DNA of 64,000 nt from Eledone cirrhosa (Eukaryota). Position 1 is the first letter of the stretch. Each line of letters starts with the position of its first letter. Below, one piece after another: positions 28,223 through 41,648 of the stretch. A program made the position numbers and the translations under genes. The notes under the pieces are model-generated. The model worked only from the letters and a program-made list of their open reading frames with translations. It was not told where the DNA came from and did not search any database. The DNA is taken from the NCBI GenBank assembly GCA_964016885.1, contig OZ024741.1, positions 218,612,001 to 218,676,000 of the forward strand. The letters run 5' to 3'.

Positions 28223-28393
28223 ATCATATTTCCCGGTGCCAAAGACGCTTCATCCTCGGCGACCAACCCTAATTTTGACAACCAAAAATTTGAAAAAAAA
28301 TAATAAACAACCTTTGGCCTCCAGGACGCATTGTAGATTTTTGAGACTTATTTTAGGAAAAAAGTAATGTCTTCGATGCCGGGAAATACAGTA
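28223..28393. mobile_element. Tc1/mariner-pogo-type MITE
   Basis: Ends TCATATTTCCCGG / CCGGGAAATACAG-TA. Same family as 48139-48311. Confidence 0.65.
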
Positions 28394-28408
28394 TATATAT
28401 ATATATAT

Positions 28409-29698
28409 ATATCTTTAAGTCGTTTGGAAGCCTCGACAATGCAAATGGGTAAATCTCCGGGTAACAAGATCCGGTGGTGGAGAGAGAGATGTAAGTGGGT
28501 GTACGTTGAGATGCGTGGTGTGTAAAGATGTGTAAATGTGTAGAAGAAAGAAGGGAAGAGTATAAAGGATATAATAAAAATAACAACACAAGAGAGAGTT
28601 ACCTTGGGAGAGAATTAATAGTCCCTATATATTTCGGATTCACATCCATCAACTTGGGGTTTTTTTATCCGGGGTAAAGGTTGTCTGTCGGACATGTGCG
28701 AAACGCGTCCTCCGCTGTTTGTTGTTTTGAATATCTGAGGTATTCGGCAGAGCGCGCGTGCGCGTGAAATGGGGTCGGTCTGGCAGAGGTCAGCGGCCGA
28801 ATGAGGGAGTGGCGTGGCGCTAGCTGTCAGTCCATTCTCTGCCTGTTTGTTAAATGGGCCTCGTCTTTCTGGAAACACATAGACAAATGCGGAAACAAAG
28901 ACGGAAGGCCCATTGTCACAATTCTAGCGACTGAAAGAAACGTCGACACGTTACGTATCAAGGAAGCACTTTTTATCAAACGCCTGCAACCGCAAATAAA
29001 CAACCGATCAGAGAGAAGCGAAATGAGAAGGCTGGTTTAAGTTAACAAACGATGTAGCAACACACAACACACGCACACACAAACGAGACAACTACACACA
29101 CACAGTAGCATTCCACCATACGAACATACTACACTGCCAATACAGAGGAACAAGGCAACAACACACGCACACTCAAGCGAGACAACAACACACGCACACA
29201 CACACAGTAACATTTAACAAACAGGCAGAGAATGGACTGACAGCTAGCGTCACCCCATTCCATCATTCGGCCGCTGACCTCTGCCCGACCGACCCCATTT
29301 CACGCGCACGCGCGCTCTGCCAAATACCTCAGATATTCAAAACAACAAACAGCGGAGGACGCGTTTCGCACCTGTCCGACAGAAAACCTTTACCCCGGAA
29401 AAAAAACCCAGTTGATGGATGTGAATCCGAAATATATAGGGACTATTAAATCTCTCCCAAGGTAGCTCTCTCTTGTGTTGTTATTTTTATTTTATCCTTT
29501 ATACTCTTCCCTTCTTTCTTCTACACATTTACACATCTTTACACACCACGCATCTCAACGTACACCCACTTACATCTCTCTCTCCACCACCGGATCTTGT
29601 TACCCGGAGATTTACCCATTTGCATTGTCGAGGCTTCCAAACGACTTAAAGATATTTATTTATTATTCCACAATGCTTGAAGCAAACTTCAATACTCT

Positions 29699-29700
<2 letters not shown>
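28409..29700 (+). mobile_element. Penelope-like retroelement 3' end: inverted pseudo-LTR, GIY-YIG C-terminus, pseudo-LTR and tail
   Basis: Arms of about 445 bp (28409-28856 / 29211-29655) flank the ORF end at 28858-29040. Unpaired tail 29656-29700; (TA)n on both sides. Confidence 0.85.
28858..29040 (+). pseudogene. C-terminal half of a Penelope-type GIY-YIG endonuclease (5'-truncated)
   Basis: ASSFWKHIDKC..IVTILATERNVDTLRIKEALFIKRLQPQINNRSE* fits the S..H..C..IL..E..R.xEAxxI..PxxN pattern of Penelope endonucleases. Confidence 0.75.
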
Positions 29701-29748
<48 letters not shown>

Positions 29749-29857
29749 TGTGTGTGTGAGTGTTTATATTCATATATATATATATATTTTATTTATGTGC
29801 ATATATATATGTATACATATGTATATGTGTATATATATATATATAAATGTATACATA

Positions 29858-30043
<186 letters not shown>

Positions 30044-30095
30044 CGTGTATGTGTATATATATATACATATAAAAAAAAATATATATATATATATT

Positions 30096-30228
<133 letters not shown>

Positions 30229-30705
30229 GTGTATATATATATATATATATAGAAGTTTCGAACATAGGCCATGGGCTGTATACAAATATGTATTTGAATT
30301 TCGTATTTCTAAAGAAATGCGGTAGGTTTATAAATAAACATTTAGAAATCCATAACTATGAATGACACAGGCAGCTAACGCCACAAGGTATACATATATA
30401 CTTAATGTTTCCCTGTGATCTCTTATGTATTACTGTGTATTACAGCTAAAATCACACCATAATATATTCAGTGATGGAGAAGATTTTTGGGGGGAGCCAC
30501 AGTTGTATGTTGTTGGATTAACAGCCTTGTCTGAGATATTAGGAACCGTGATGAAGTCTACTACACAGCCACTGATGTGCTGTTCCTTTAATACATTGTC
30601 CATCACTGGTTTTCCACTGGTTGCTGCACTGACTTTGTGCCATTCTTTTAATGTATATATGTGTATATGTTTTTCTGTTTTTTCATACTTGTATTTCTGT
30701 TGGAG

Positions 30706-30758
<53 letters not shown>

Positions 30759-30918
30759 ATGTGTGTGTGTGTGTTTACATATATATACGTGTGTGTGCGT
30801 GTTTACACATACATACAAGCATATATATTGATATATATATTTATATATTTATATGTACATACACATATATATATATATATATATATGTATATGTATATAT
30901 ATATGTATATATGTATAT

Positions 30919-30957
<39 letters not shown>

Positions 30958-30998
30958 AATGTTTACATATAAATACACATATATTTACGTATATATTT

Positions 30999-31065
<67 letters not shown>

Positions 31066-31294
31066 TTCAAATGTATATATATATACATATATATAATATA
31101 TACATATATATATATATATTTATATATATATATATATATATGTGTATGTATATGTGTATATATATGAGAAAAATTAGTACATTTCATCATATATATTTTC
31201 TACACACCTCAGAATCATTGCTATTTTCCTGCAATGGTTTTGTGCCTATGAGAGAAATTATTATTATAATTTACCCTAATTTGAGACAGTGGAT

Positions 31295-32100
31295 TAACAA
31301 TATCAATAGAGTGTCGGACAACATGCTTTGTGGCATACAGTTATGTCCCTTTGGTCCTCAAATTCAAATCCTGCTGAGGTTAGCTTTGCCTTTCATCCTT
31401 ATGAGGTCGATAAAATAAAAATACCAGTAACATACTGGGATTGATTTAATTGACTTTACTCTCCCAAAATTGCTGGCCTTGTGCCTAAATCAGAAACCAT
31501 TATTATTATTATTATTGAGAGGTCGAATGGCGGTGGATTGGCAGTATCGGTAGAGGGTCGGACACCATGCTTTGACACATTGAGTTACGGCCCTTGCCAT
31601 TCTGAGTTCAAATCCCGCCGCGGTTAACTTTGCCTTTCATCCTTACAGGGTCAATAAAATAAAGTACTAGTAATGCACTGGGTAATTGCTGGCCTTGTGC
31701 CAAAAGTATAAACAATTATTATTATTGAGGAGGCTGGAGGGCTGGATTGGCAGAATTAATATATCATTTCAGTATTTGTTTTGACTCTTTATGTTCTGAG
31801 CTGAAATTCTGCCGAAGTTGAATTTACCTTTCATCCTTCCAGGGATAAAGTAAAGGACCAGTAAAATAAAAGGGGGATGATATAATTAAATGTTTCTCTC
31901 CACACAAATTGCTGGCTCTAAATCAGAAACCTTTATTATTAGGGCACTGGATAGGCAAAATCTTTAGTGCATCAGCTGAAATACATAATATTTTGTTACT
32001 GCACTTTACATTCTCAGTTCAAAGCCAGCCCAGGTTAGCTTTGCCTTTCATTCTTACAGGGTTGATAAAATAAAGTACCAGTAATGTACTGGGATCAATT
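31295..32100 (+). mobile_element. Cluster of four head-to-tail Nin/Deu-like SINEs
   Basis: GGATTGGCAG..GTTCAAAT..GCCTTTCATCC..ATAAAATAAAGTAC modules at about 31295, 31528, 31740 and 31942. Each sits after the ATT-repeat tail of the previous one. Confidence 0.8.
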
Positions 32101-32103
32101 TAA

Positions 32104-32319
32104 CCCTTTAGCATTTTCATTACTCTATATTTACTATTGTATTTTCATGGTAAACACTTTATCTTACATAATTATCTCACATAATATCGAATATACGGGA
32201 TTTTGATATTATTTATTTTGAGAATAATACCTTAACATAAGTATGAGTGGCTAGTTATGAACAGTTTGAACAGAAAGAGAGAATTCTGGCCAGATATGGC
32301 CGGTTTAAATGCTAAAGGG
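32104..32319. mobile_element. piggyBac-like MITE
   Basis: TTAA|CCCTTTAGCATTT...AAATGCTAAAGGG|TTAA: 13-bp terminal inverted repeats with a TTAA target duplication. Confidence 0.8.
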
Positions 32320-33051
32320 TTAAAAGAAAAAACTTTAATCCTCTCACTTAAATTTCAGTTGTATTTTTAAAAGTTTGCTTAACGGCAACAAATATTTCCT
32401 TAGTACTTTAGTGTGCTTTATATATCAAAGCTCAAACAGATGTAATTTAAAATACACACACAAACGCACATACACATACACACACACACATACATACACA
32501 CACTCACACACATATACATCTTTTTTTTTTACCTAGAGAAGACTATTTCTCTTCAGGTCTGAACAAAGAAAATTTCATGGAGAGAATGTGAGAGAAAGAG
32601 ATATACAGGAAGAACCGATCCCAGTACTGGATTGGTACCTTTTTATGAACCTTGATGGATGAAATGCAGGGTTAACTTCGATATTATATATTGTGTATTG
32701 TATATATTATATATGTTGTATTAAAGATCATATATTGTATTAAAGAACTTATATGATATATTCTGTTTTATATAATATATATGATATACAATTTATTATA
32801 TATTATATATATTTTATTAAAGATCATATATTATATAATGTATATGATATATTCTGTCTTATATAATATATATGATATAAAATATATATTATATATTATA
32901 TATTCGCTGTCATGCTATAAGGGAATGGTACCCTTTTGGCAAGTACCGCACACCTTGACTGTCTTTCGGACAACAAAACAACAGATGTTCTTGGATAGAT
33001 GTGTGTGTGCATGTGTGTATGTGTGTATATATATATATGTATATATATATG

Positions 33052-33119
<68 letters not shown>

Positions 33120-33491
33120 TATATATATGTGTACATATGTGCATGTAAATATATATTTGTATGTATATATAAATATATATATATATATTTATACATATAT
33201 ATATGCATATATATATATATATATAAATATATATACATACATATATATATATATATATACACACATATAATTTTATATATAGATATACATATTACATATA
33301 TAATATACTTATGTGTGTGTATAAATATATACATAAGTATATACATTCATATGTATATACATGTATTTCTATATACATTTACTTGTATATACAAACGTAT
33401 ATACATTCCAATATTTTTGATATAGCTAATATCATTATTTCTCCTTCACTCACTCTCTCTCTCTCCCTCTCTCTCTCTCTCACTCTCTCCC

Positions 33492-33538
<47 letters not shown>

Positions 33539-33598
33539 GTATATATATATTTATTTATTTATATAAATATATACATATATATATACATATACACACAC

Positions 33599-33630
<32 letters not shown>

Positions 33631-33640
33631 ATTTATATAA

Positions 33641-33683
<43 letters not shown>

Positions 33684-33691
<8 letters not shown>

Positions 33692-34094
33692 CGAAAAATC
33701 AGTGATGCATCTGGACTCAGTTTATTGCGTGTTACAATTGTTTCACCGGCAGGTAGCTCGAGACATGGTCCCTGTATGGATCTGGCTGATTCTACGGCTG
33801 CAGGCTCCATCGGACATGGGTAGTTCGTTCGGAGCAAATTTCCTCACTGAAAATTTGCTCCGAACGAACTACCCGTGTCTGAAGGAACCTGCAGCCGTAG
33901 AATCAGCCAGATCCATACAGGGACCATGTCTCGAGCTACCTGCCGGTGAAACAATTGTAACACGCAATAAACTGAGTCCAGATGCATCACTGATTTTTCG
34001 TTTTTATACTATCCACACTCTACTCTGTATGAATATTGAGTGCTAATTTTGGCATACCGCCTATGGAAGCACCATAGCTACCATTATACACAAG
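33684..34094. mobile_element. Penelope-like fold-back with a variant hammerhead
   Basis: Near-perfect arms of about 158 bp (33684-33842 / 33850-34008). CGTGT-CTGAAGG-AACC..GGT-GAAAC-AATT-GT-A-ACACG at 33874-33964. Tail motif TTGAGTGCT at 34036; (TA)n flanks. Confidence 0.75.
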
Positions 34095-34553
34095 TATATA
34101 TATATATATATATATATATATGAATATATACGTCTATATATATATATATATAAAACACAACCAAGAAATATTTTCCAGTGATATATTTTTTGTCATTCCA
34201 AACTGGTCACCATTATTTTCCTAACTTCCCCTTCACACTCACCCCAACCTTTGCCATTCTTTTTGTAATTCCTCCCTCTCCACATCACCAAGATGGCCAC
34301 CATTGCTATTACTATCCCCTCCTTCATAGATAGGTAGATATATAGGTAGATAGCTAGATAGATAGATAGACAGATATGTGTATATACATATATTTATATA
34401 TGTAAATATATATATATATGTATATATATATATTTTGCGTTTCGTTTCGCTTTTTCTACCTGCCGAAATGCGATTCTCGCTGAATTTATATATATATATA
34501 TATGTAGACATATATATGTATATATATTTTATATATACATATATATGTGTGTG

Positions 34554-34592
<39 letters not shown>

Positions 34593-34757
34593 CAGCATAT
34601 ATGTGGATATGTATATGCAATTATATATATATGTATATATATGTATATATATATATGTATATATATAAATGTATATGTATATATATATATATGTATGTAT
34701 ATATATATATATATATATATACATATATATAAATATATATATATATATAATACATAT

Positions 34758-34802
<45 letters not shown>

Positions 34803-34825
34803 CATATATATACATATATATATAC

Positions 34826-34858
<33 letters not shown>

Positions 34859-35139
34859 ATTGTATATACATATCCACATATCCACATATATGCTGATATA
34901 TATATATATATATATATATACATACACACACAAACATATATATGTGTGTGCGTGTGCTTATTTATGTATCTTCATTTTTGTTCTTCCATATGTTCATATT
35001 TATATATCATCTTTTTTTCTCTTTCCTGTTAAAACACTTAACTTATATATATTCAATTATTTGGGGGAGAATTGTATTGTTTTACCTGACCTAATTCTTG
35101 TCGGGAGTTGTGACCAGCAGATAGCTTCAGCACGAGATT

Positions 35140-35955
35140 GACCAATGGAAACAATGTTTCCTTGGTCCAACAAATAGTATCAGCAATGGAAACATGGATT
35201 CCTTGGTCCAACAGATAGTATCAGCAATGGAAAGACCAATGGAAACATTGATTCCTTGGTCCAACAGATAATATCAACAATGGAAAGACCAATAGAAACA
35301 TTGTTTCTATTGGTACCAACAGTTAGTATCAGCAATGGAAAGACCAATGGAAACAATGTTTCCTTTGTTTGATCAGATACTATTAACAATGGAAAGACCA
35401 ATGGAAGTATTGTTTCCTTGGTCCACAATATATTATCAACAACAGAAAGACCAATGGAAACATTGTTTCTTTGGTCCACAAAGTAGTATCAACAATGGAA
35501 AGACCAATGAAAACACTGTTTCCCTGGTCTGATCAGATAGTATTAGCAATGGAAAGACCAATGAAAACACTGTTTCCCTGGTCTGATCAGATAGTATTAG
35601 CAATGGAAAGACCAATGAAAACACTGTTTCCCTGGTCTGATCAGATAGTATTAGCAATGGAAAGACCAATGGAAACATTGTTTCTATGGTACCAACAGTT
35701 AATATCAACAATGGAAAGACCAATGGAAACATTGTTTCCCTGGTCCACAAGATAGTGTCAACAATAGAAAGACCAATGGAAACATGTTTCCTTTGTCCGA
35801 TCTGACAATCAGCTCCTTTTTTTCCCAGGAGTTGTGAACTGTAGATAGTATTAACAATGGAATGACCAATAAAAACACTGTTTCCCTGTTCTGGTCAGAT
35901 AATATTAGCAAGGGCAGAACCAATGAAAACACAGTTTCCATGGTCTGATCCATCA
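35140..35955. repeat. About 58-bp minisatellite whose unit contains a hairpin (GACCAATGGAAACA-T-TGTTTCCTTGGTC)
   Basis: About 13 diverged units; a lone unit also occurs at about 39865-39920. Confidence 0.85.
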
Positions 35956-36294
35956 ATTGGCTCTTTTCTTTGTTAACTTTTATTATTCTTCTTTATTCTT
36001 TGTATTTCATAAATATTTTAAAACATTATTTATTTATGTTTTATTTCAATAAATTTACTTCTTAAAAAATAAAACGAATAACAATAACAACAAAACAACA
36101 AAACAAAAACAAAATAAAAAAGAAAACAATTAAAAAAATGTTGTAACCCTCACCCACCTCCTAAACATTTTAATCTCCTTCAAATGAATTTTCAACCTCC
36201 ATTTTTTTTTATTTATAAAATAGACAAATAAGTCAGATAAATTCTCCTAGGAGATGGAATAAAAGGTGAACAGACACACCTGAATGAATCAAAC

Positions 36295-36748
36295 CCCACA
36301 TCTGCCATATACCAGATGACTGTAACAACTATTTCTGCTGGTGCCACACCTGTCATATACCATATGACTTCAAGAACCATTTCTGCTGGTGTCACACCTG
36401 TTATATACCAGATGTCTGTGACAACCATTTCTTCTGGTGTCACATCTACCATCTGCCAGATGACTTCAACAACCATTTCTGCTGGTGTCACATCTGCTAT
36501 ATACCAGATGACTTCAACATCCACTTCTGGTGTCATATCTGCTATATACCAGATGATTGCCATAACTACTTCTAGTATCACATCTGCTATATACCAGATG
36601 ATTGCCATAACCACTTCTGGTATCACATCTGTTATATACCAGGTGATTGCCATAACTACTTCTGGTGTCACATCTGCTATATCTGGTGCCACATCTGCTA
36701 TATACCAGATGTCTGCAACAGCCACTTCTGTTGGTGCCTCTGGCCATC
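36295..36748. repeat. About 57-60-bp minisatellite (CACATCTGCTATATACCAGATG..CTTCTGGTGT)
   Basis: About 8 diverged units that stay in frame on both strands. Confidence 0.8.
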
Positions 36749-37115
36749 TTTTTCTCCATCTCCAAGGATAATGTACCTAAATTATTCAACTATTTTATAG
36801 TTAATATATGCATTGTGGCAGCTTTTCAAAGAGAAGCAAATAGATTCTCAACTTTTCAGATTTGTTCCCAAATTTTCATTAACTTATCAAACTAATTAAT
36901 TATTTGAATCACATTTTAAAAAATGTTTCTGTTTACCTGTCAAACAAAATTGCTCTAATCATTGTTTTTGTGGTTTCCCACACAAAACTATCCTTCCTCT
37001 CTTGGTAGATTCTGAACCTTTTAAGGAAGATATTTGACCCTTGTTGTGTTTCATAGTACAAACTAATTCCTATTTTAGATATGTTGATCTTTTTATAATA
37101 TATTCTTTTATTCTG

Positions 37116-37348
37116 TTACTGGTTCCAGTCATTAGACTGTGGCCATGCTGGGGCACTGATCTTTTACTGGTTCCAGTCATTAGACTGTGGCGGTGCTGGG
37201 GCACTGATCTTTTACTGGTGTCAGTCATTAGACCGTGGCCATGCTGGGGCACTGATCTTTTACTGGTTCCAGTCATTAGACTGTGGCCATGCTGGGGCAG
37301 TGTACTTTTAGTGGCTCCAGTCATTAGACTCTGGCCATGCTGGGCACC
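37116..37348. repeat. 48-bp tandem repeat, about 5 copies
   Basis: TTACTGGTTCCAGTCATTAGACTGTGGCCATGCTGGGGCACTGATCTT starts at 37116, 37164, 37212, 37260 and about 37308. Confidence 0.85.
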
Positions 37349-38043
37349 ACTTTACAAAATGCAAATTCCTGCAATGATAACAATTAAGAAATTTTATTTC
37401 AAGACTTTAACCTTTTTGTGACCATATTTCTAAGGAATTACATTCTATTCAAATTAATTAAGACTTTTGAGGGACTTACTAAAATTATTAATTATTTCAT
37501 TACTAGGATAATAACTTAAAATATGGTTCTCATATAAAACTATGATGGAAGATTTTAATTTAGATAGGAAGCCTTTAACCATTTTGAAACCATATCCCTA
37601 AGGAAATTCACTCTATTCTAATTAATTAATGAAGACTTTTGAGTAATTTACTAACATTTTTAATCATTTCATTACTATGATAATGACTTAAATATGGTTC
37701 TTAAGGTTCTTAAATAAAATGATGTTTGGAGATTTTAATTTAAGTAGGAAGCCTTTAAAATGGATTTATTTTTATAGAACAGATGTTAGTTTTAGCCAGG
37801 TTTGTATCAAACGTACTAAAGTACTGTTGGTATATATAAATACATATAGTGCAGAGTTAATTAATACAGTATTAAATTCTTTGCTTAAACTTTAATCTGT
37901 ACTACTAATAATAAATATATATATATTATTATTCTTAGTAGTAGTACAGATTAAAGTTTAAGCAAAGAATTCCTGCTCCCATCCTATATATATATATATA
38001 CAATACTTATTGAGCCTTCTTCAGATTTTTGTCTTTGTAATTA

Positions 38044-38232
38044 TGGTGGATTGGCAGTATCGGTAGAGGGTCGGACACCATGCTTTGACGCATAGAGTTA
38101 CGGCCCTTGCCATTCTGAGTTCAAATCCCGCCGAGGTTAACTTTGCCTTTCCTCCTTACGGAGTCGATAAAATAAAGTACCAGTAATGCACTGGGTAATT
38201 GCTGGCCTTGTGCCAAAAGTAAAAACAATTAT
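38044..38232 (+). mobile_element. Nin/Deu-like SINE
   Basis: Nearly identical to the copy at 31528-31720. Confidence 0.85.
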
Positions 38233-38256
38233 TACTATATATATGTATATACACAC

Positions 38257-38540
38257 GTTGGTAGAAATCCGTAGAGGAAAGATCAAGGAACACAGTGCTC
38301 AATATGGAAGCGAGCTTGTTTAGAATAAACAAAGTTTCATACACTTAACATGTATGTGCTTCCATTGGTTTCAGGGTCTAGTTATGGCCACCACTGTATA
38401 TTGGAAGAGGCACACTTTGTCCATGTGCCCAAATGAAGGGCCAGTTTAAAAGTGCCTCTTCCAATATACACCAGTAGCAATGACTGGATGCCAAAACCAA
38501 TGATAGCACATACATGTTAAGTGTAAGAAACTTTGTTTAC
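38257..38540. mobile_element. Diverged fold-back element with tail motif
   Basis: Arms about 38326-38411 and 38453-38539. AGTGCTCAA at 38294 in the unpaired left tail; (TA)n flanks. Confidence 0.6.
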
Positions 38541-38542
38541 GC

Positions 38543-38630
<88 letters not shown>

Positions 38631-38810
38631 AGGACGATTTGTTAAGTCTTCATTATGTTTATTGATTGGTGACACGTGTTTCACTATTGATCAGCTCAAG
38701 GTTCAATCTGTATTGATCTGGCCCGACTCTGGAATCAAAAGCTTGTCGGACCTCTGCTGTTGTGATGACAGAATTACACCCTCCCTGGATGTATATATAT
38801 ATATGTATAT

Positions 38811-39157
38811 AAGAATGGAAAACAGCACAGAAGTATATCTAAAGACTCTTTTTTTCTTGTTTCTTCTTTAATCCGTCAAAGTGTTATTATTGAAAAAAGG
38901 AGAACGACAATTTTTAAAACAAAAGGGGTTTTATAAAATATCAAAATATTACCTGTTTTGATAATCCATCTTATTAAATATTTGGTAAGATGGATTATAT
39001 CGGAATTGTTTTTCTCATCTTTCAATAATAACGCTTTGATGGATTAAAGAAGAAAAAAAGAAGAAAAAGATTCTTTAAATATACTTATGTGCTGTTTTCC
39101 ATTCTTACTTTTGTTTCTATAACCTCTGTTTTGTATAGAAGCTTACCCCCTTTTCAA
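38811..39157. mobile_element. Diverged fold-back element with an unpaired right tail
   Basis: AAGAATGGAAAACAGCAC at 38811 pairs with GTGCTGTTTTCCATTCTT ending about 39107. Inner hairpin ATAATCCATCTTA / TAAGATGGATTAT; (TA)n flanks. Confidence 0.55.
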
Positions 39158-39181
39158 ATATATATATATATCATATATGTA

Positions 39182-39567
<386 letters not shown>

Positions 39568-39569
39568 GT

Positions 39570-39715
39570 GTGTAAAAGGTAAACGGAAATAACAACACAA
39601 AAGGTACAGTATATGGAAGGAATATATTAGTTGAAATAGCAGGAGCGTGTTAACGTTTTGGACGCTAGTCCTTCATCAGAAGAAAGAATGAAAGATTAGA
39701 AAGATTGAAGGGACA
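39570..39715 (-). mobile_element. Penelope-like 3' end with a degenerate minimal hammerhead
   Basis: The - strand reads CTGATGA-AGGACTAGCGTCC-AAAAC-GTT (core complement TCATCAG at 39673-39679), resembling the CTGANGAAGG..CCGAAACG motif typical of Penelope 3' ends. Confidence 0.5.
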
Positions 39716-40295
39716 TATACATATGAAGGCGCATGGCTGAATGGTAAGAGAATTGGATTCGCAATCGTGAGGATGTGAGTTTGATTCCTGGACCAAGCAA
39801 TGCATTATGTCCTTGAGCAAGACACTTTTTTTCACGTTGTTCCTTCTACCTGGAATTGCAACTGATAGATAGTATTAGCAATTGGAAAGACCAACGGAAA
39901 CATTGTTTCCTCGGTCCGATTTGACGAAAGTCGATTGACTGATATATATATATATATATGAACAGCATAATATATTGTTGGTATATAAGATGTATAATAC
40001 AGAGTTAAAATTCATATTGTATTGACAATGTATATATATATATAATGTAACTCTTGCTTGACTGTATCTTAATGTTTAAGTTTGTAGGTTTCTCTGCAGC
40101 TTTTCTTCCATTTAGATTAGAACTAGTAACTGCTACTGCTACTACTACTACTACTACTACTCCTCCTCCTCCTCCTACTACTACTACTACTACTACAGTG
40201 TATGTGTATTATATATATATATATATATATATATAAACAGATTGAGGGTCAAATATCTACAATGTTGTCTGCCAAATTTCACATAATTTAATTAA

Positions 40296-40326
<31 letters not shown>

Positions 40327-40420
40327 CATACATATATATATGTATATATATATGTATACATATATATGTATACATATATATGTATACATATATATGTATA
40401 CATGTATATATATATTATTC

Positions 40421-40458
<38 letters not shown>

Positions 40459-40929
40459 TTAATTTAATAATGTGAAATATATATATATATTCATATATAT
40501 ACTGTATATGTATGTATACACCAATATATATAAGTTTATTTTCTGATACTGAATCACCATGTTTAACATTATTTGTCCAAGACTAGATCTCACACACATA
40601 CATACGCACAGAATTATACATATGCGCACACATACACAATTACGCACACACACAATTACACCATACACTCGCAATTACACACACATGCACACACAATTAC
40701 ACACACATATTTAGAATCTTCTATTATGACCCATTTCCCTAAAAATCTATGGAAACTATTTACAAAGATATCTATTTCCATTAAAGTTTTACCCAAAATC
40801 TTCTTCGGTTGTTTTCGTTTGTTTTTTCCGTTTATTGATTTATTTCGTTGTTTGTTGTTGTTTTTTATAGATCATTGCTGGACGTTAGGGACAGAACATG
40901 TGACCCCTTTTTTAGGGACTCTAAAACTG

Positions 40930-41500
40930 GTGGAAGGGAGAGGGAAGAGGGAGTGGGGACAGAGGAGAGAGAAGCAAGGGGAGAGGGGGGAGAGGAGAGA
41001 AAAGGGGAGAGTGAGAAGGTTGTAAGGGGAGAGGGGAGAGTGATAGGGGAGGGGGTCGGTTGTGAGGGGAGAGGCGAGAGTAAGTGGGGGAAGGTTGTGA
41101 GGGGAGAGTGAGAGGGGGAAACAGGGATGGGGGAGTGAGGGAAGGAGGGTAAAAGAGAGAGAGTGAGAGAGGGAGTGAAGGAGAGAGACAGTGACAGAGA
41201 CAAGGAAGAGCGAAGGAGGGAGAGGCCGAGAATAAAAGAGACAGAGAGAGGGAGAGGGAGAATGGGAGAAAGTATGAGAGATGGAATGAAGGAGAGAGGT
41301 AGTGACAGGGTCAAGGAAAGAGAGAGAGAGGGTGAAGGTATGAGATACGGAGAGATGGAGGGAGAGAGTGAGACGAAAGTGGGAGAAAAGCGTGAGAGAG
41401 AGGATGAGGGAAGGAAGGTAAGAAAGAGTGAGAGTGGGATTCACAGGGTCAAAGAAAGAGAGACAGGGAGGGTGAGGTTATGAGAGATAGAGAGAGGGAG
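40930..41500. repeat. Purine-rich (GA/GGA) low-complexity tract
   Basis: The + strand is almost entirely A and G. Confidence 0.85.
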
Positions 41501-41592
41501 GAAGTTATCCTCAAACCAGTACCCTGGCCAGAGTGGACTCTACTGAAGGTAACCAAGATTCGGGCGGTGGCGTTAAACCATTTATTTTAAAC

Positions 41593-41648
<56 letters not shown>

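Noticed and set aside
33559-34046. Duplicated peptide [40 protein letters not shown] on both strands
   Set aside because: A by-product of the inverted repeat, not a gene.
35140-35955. CRISPR-like palindromic repeats and MERPMET-repeat ORFs
   Set aside because: The inter-palindrome segments are homologous to each other rather than unique spacers, and the ORFs are repeat translations.
36213-36771. Repeat-protein ORFs on both strands
   Set aside because: A minisatellite with unit lengths divisible by three; no splice sites or domain similarity recognised.
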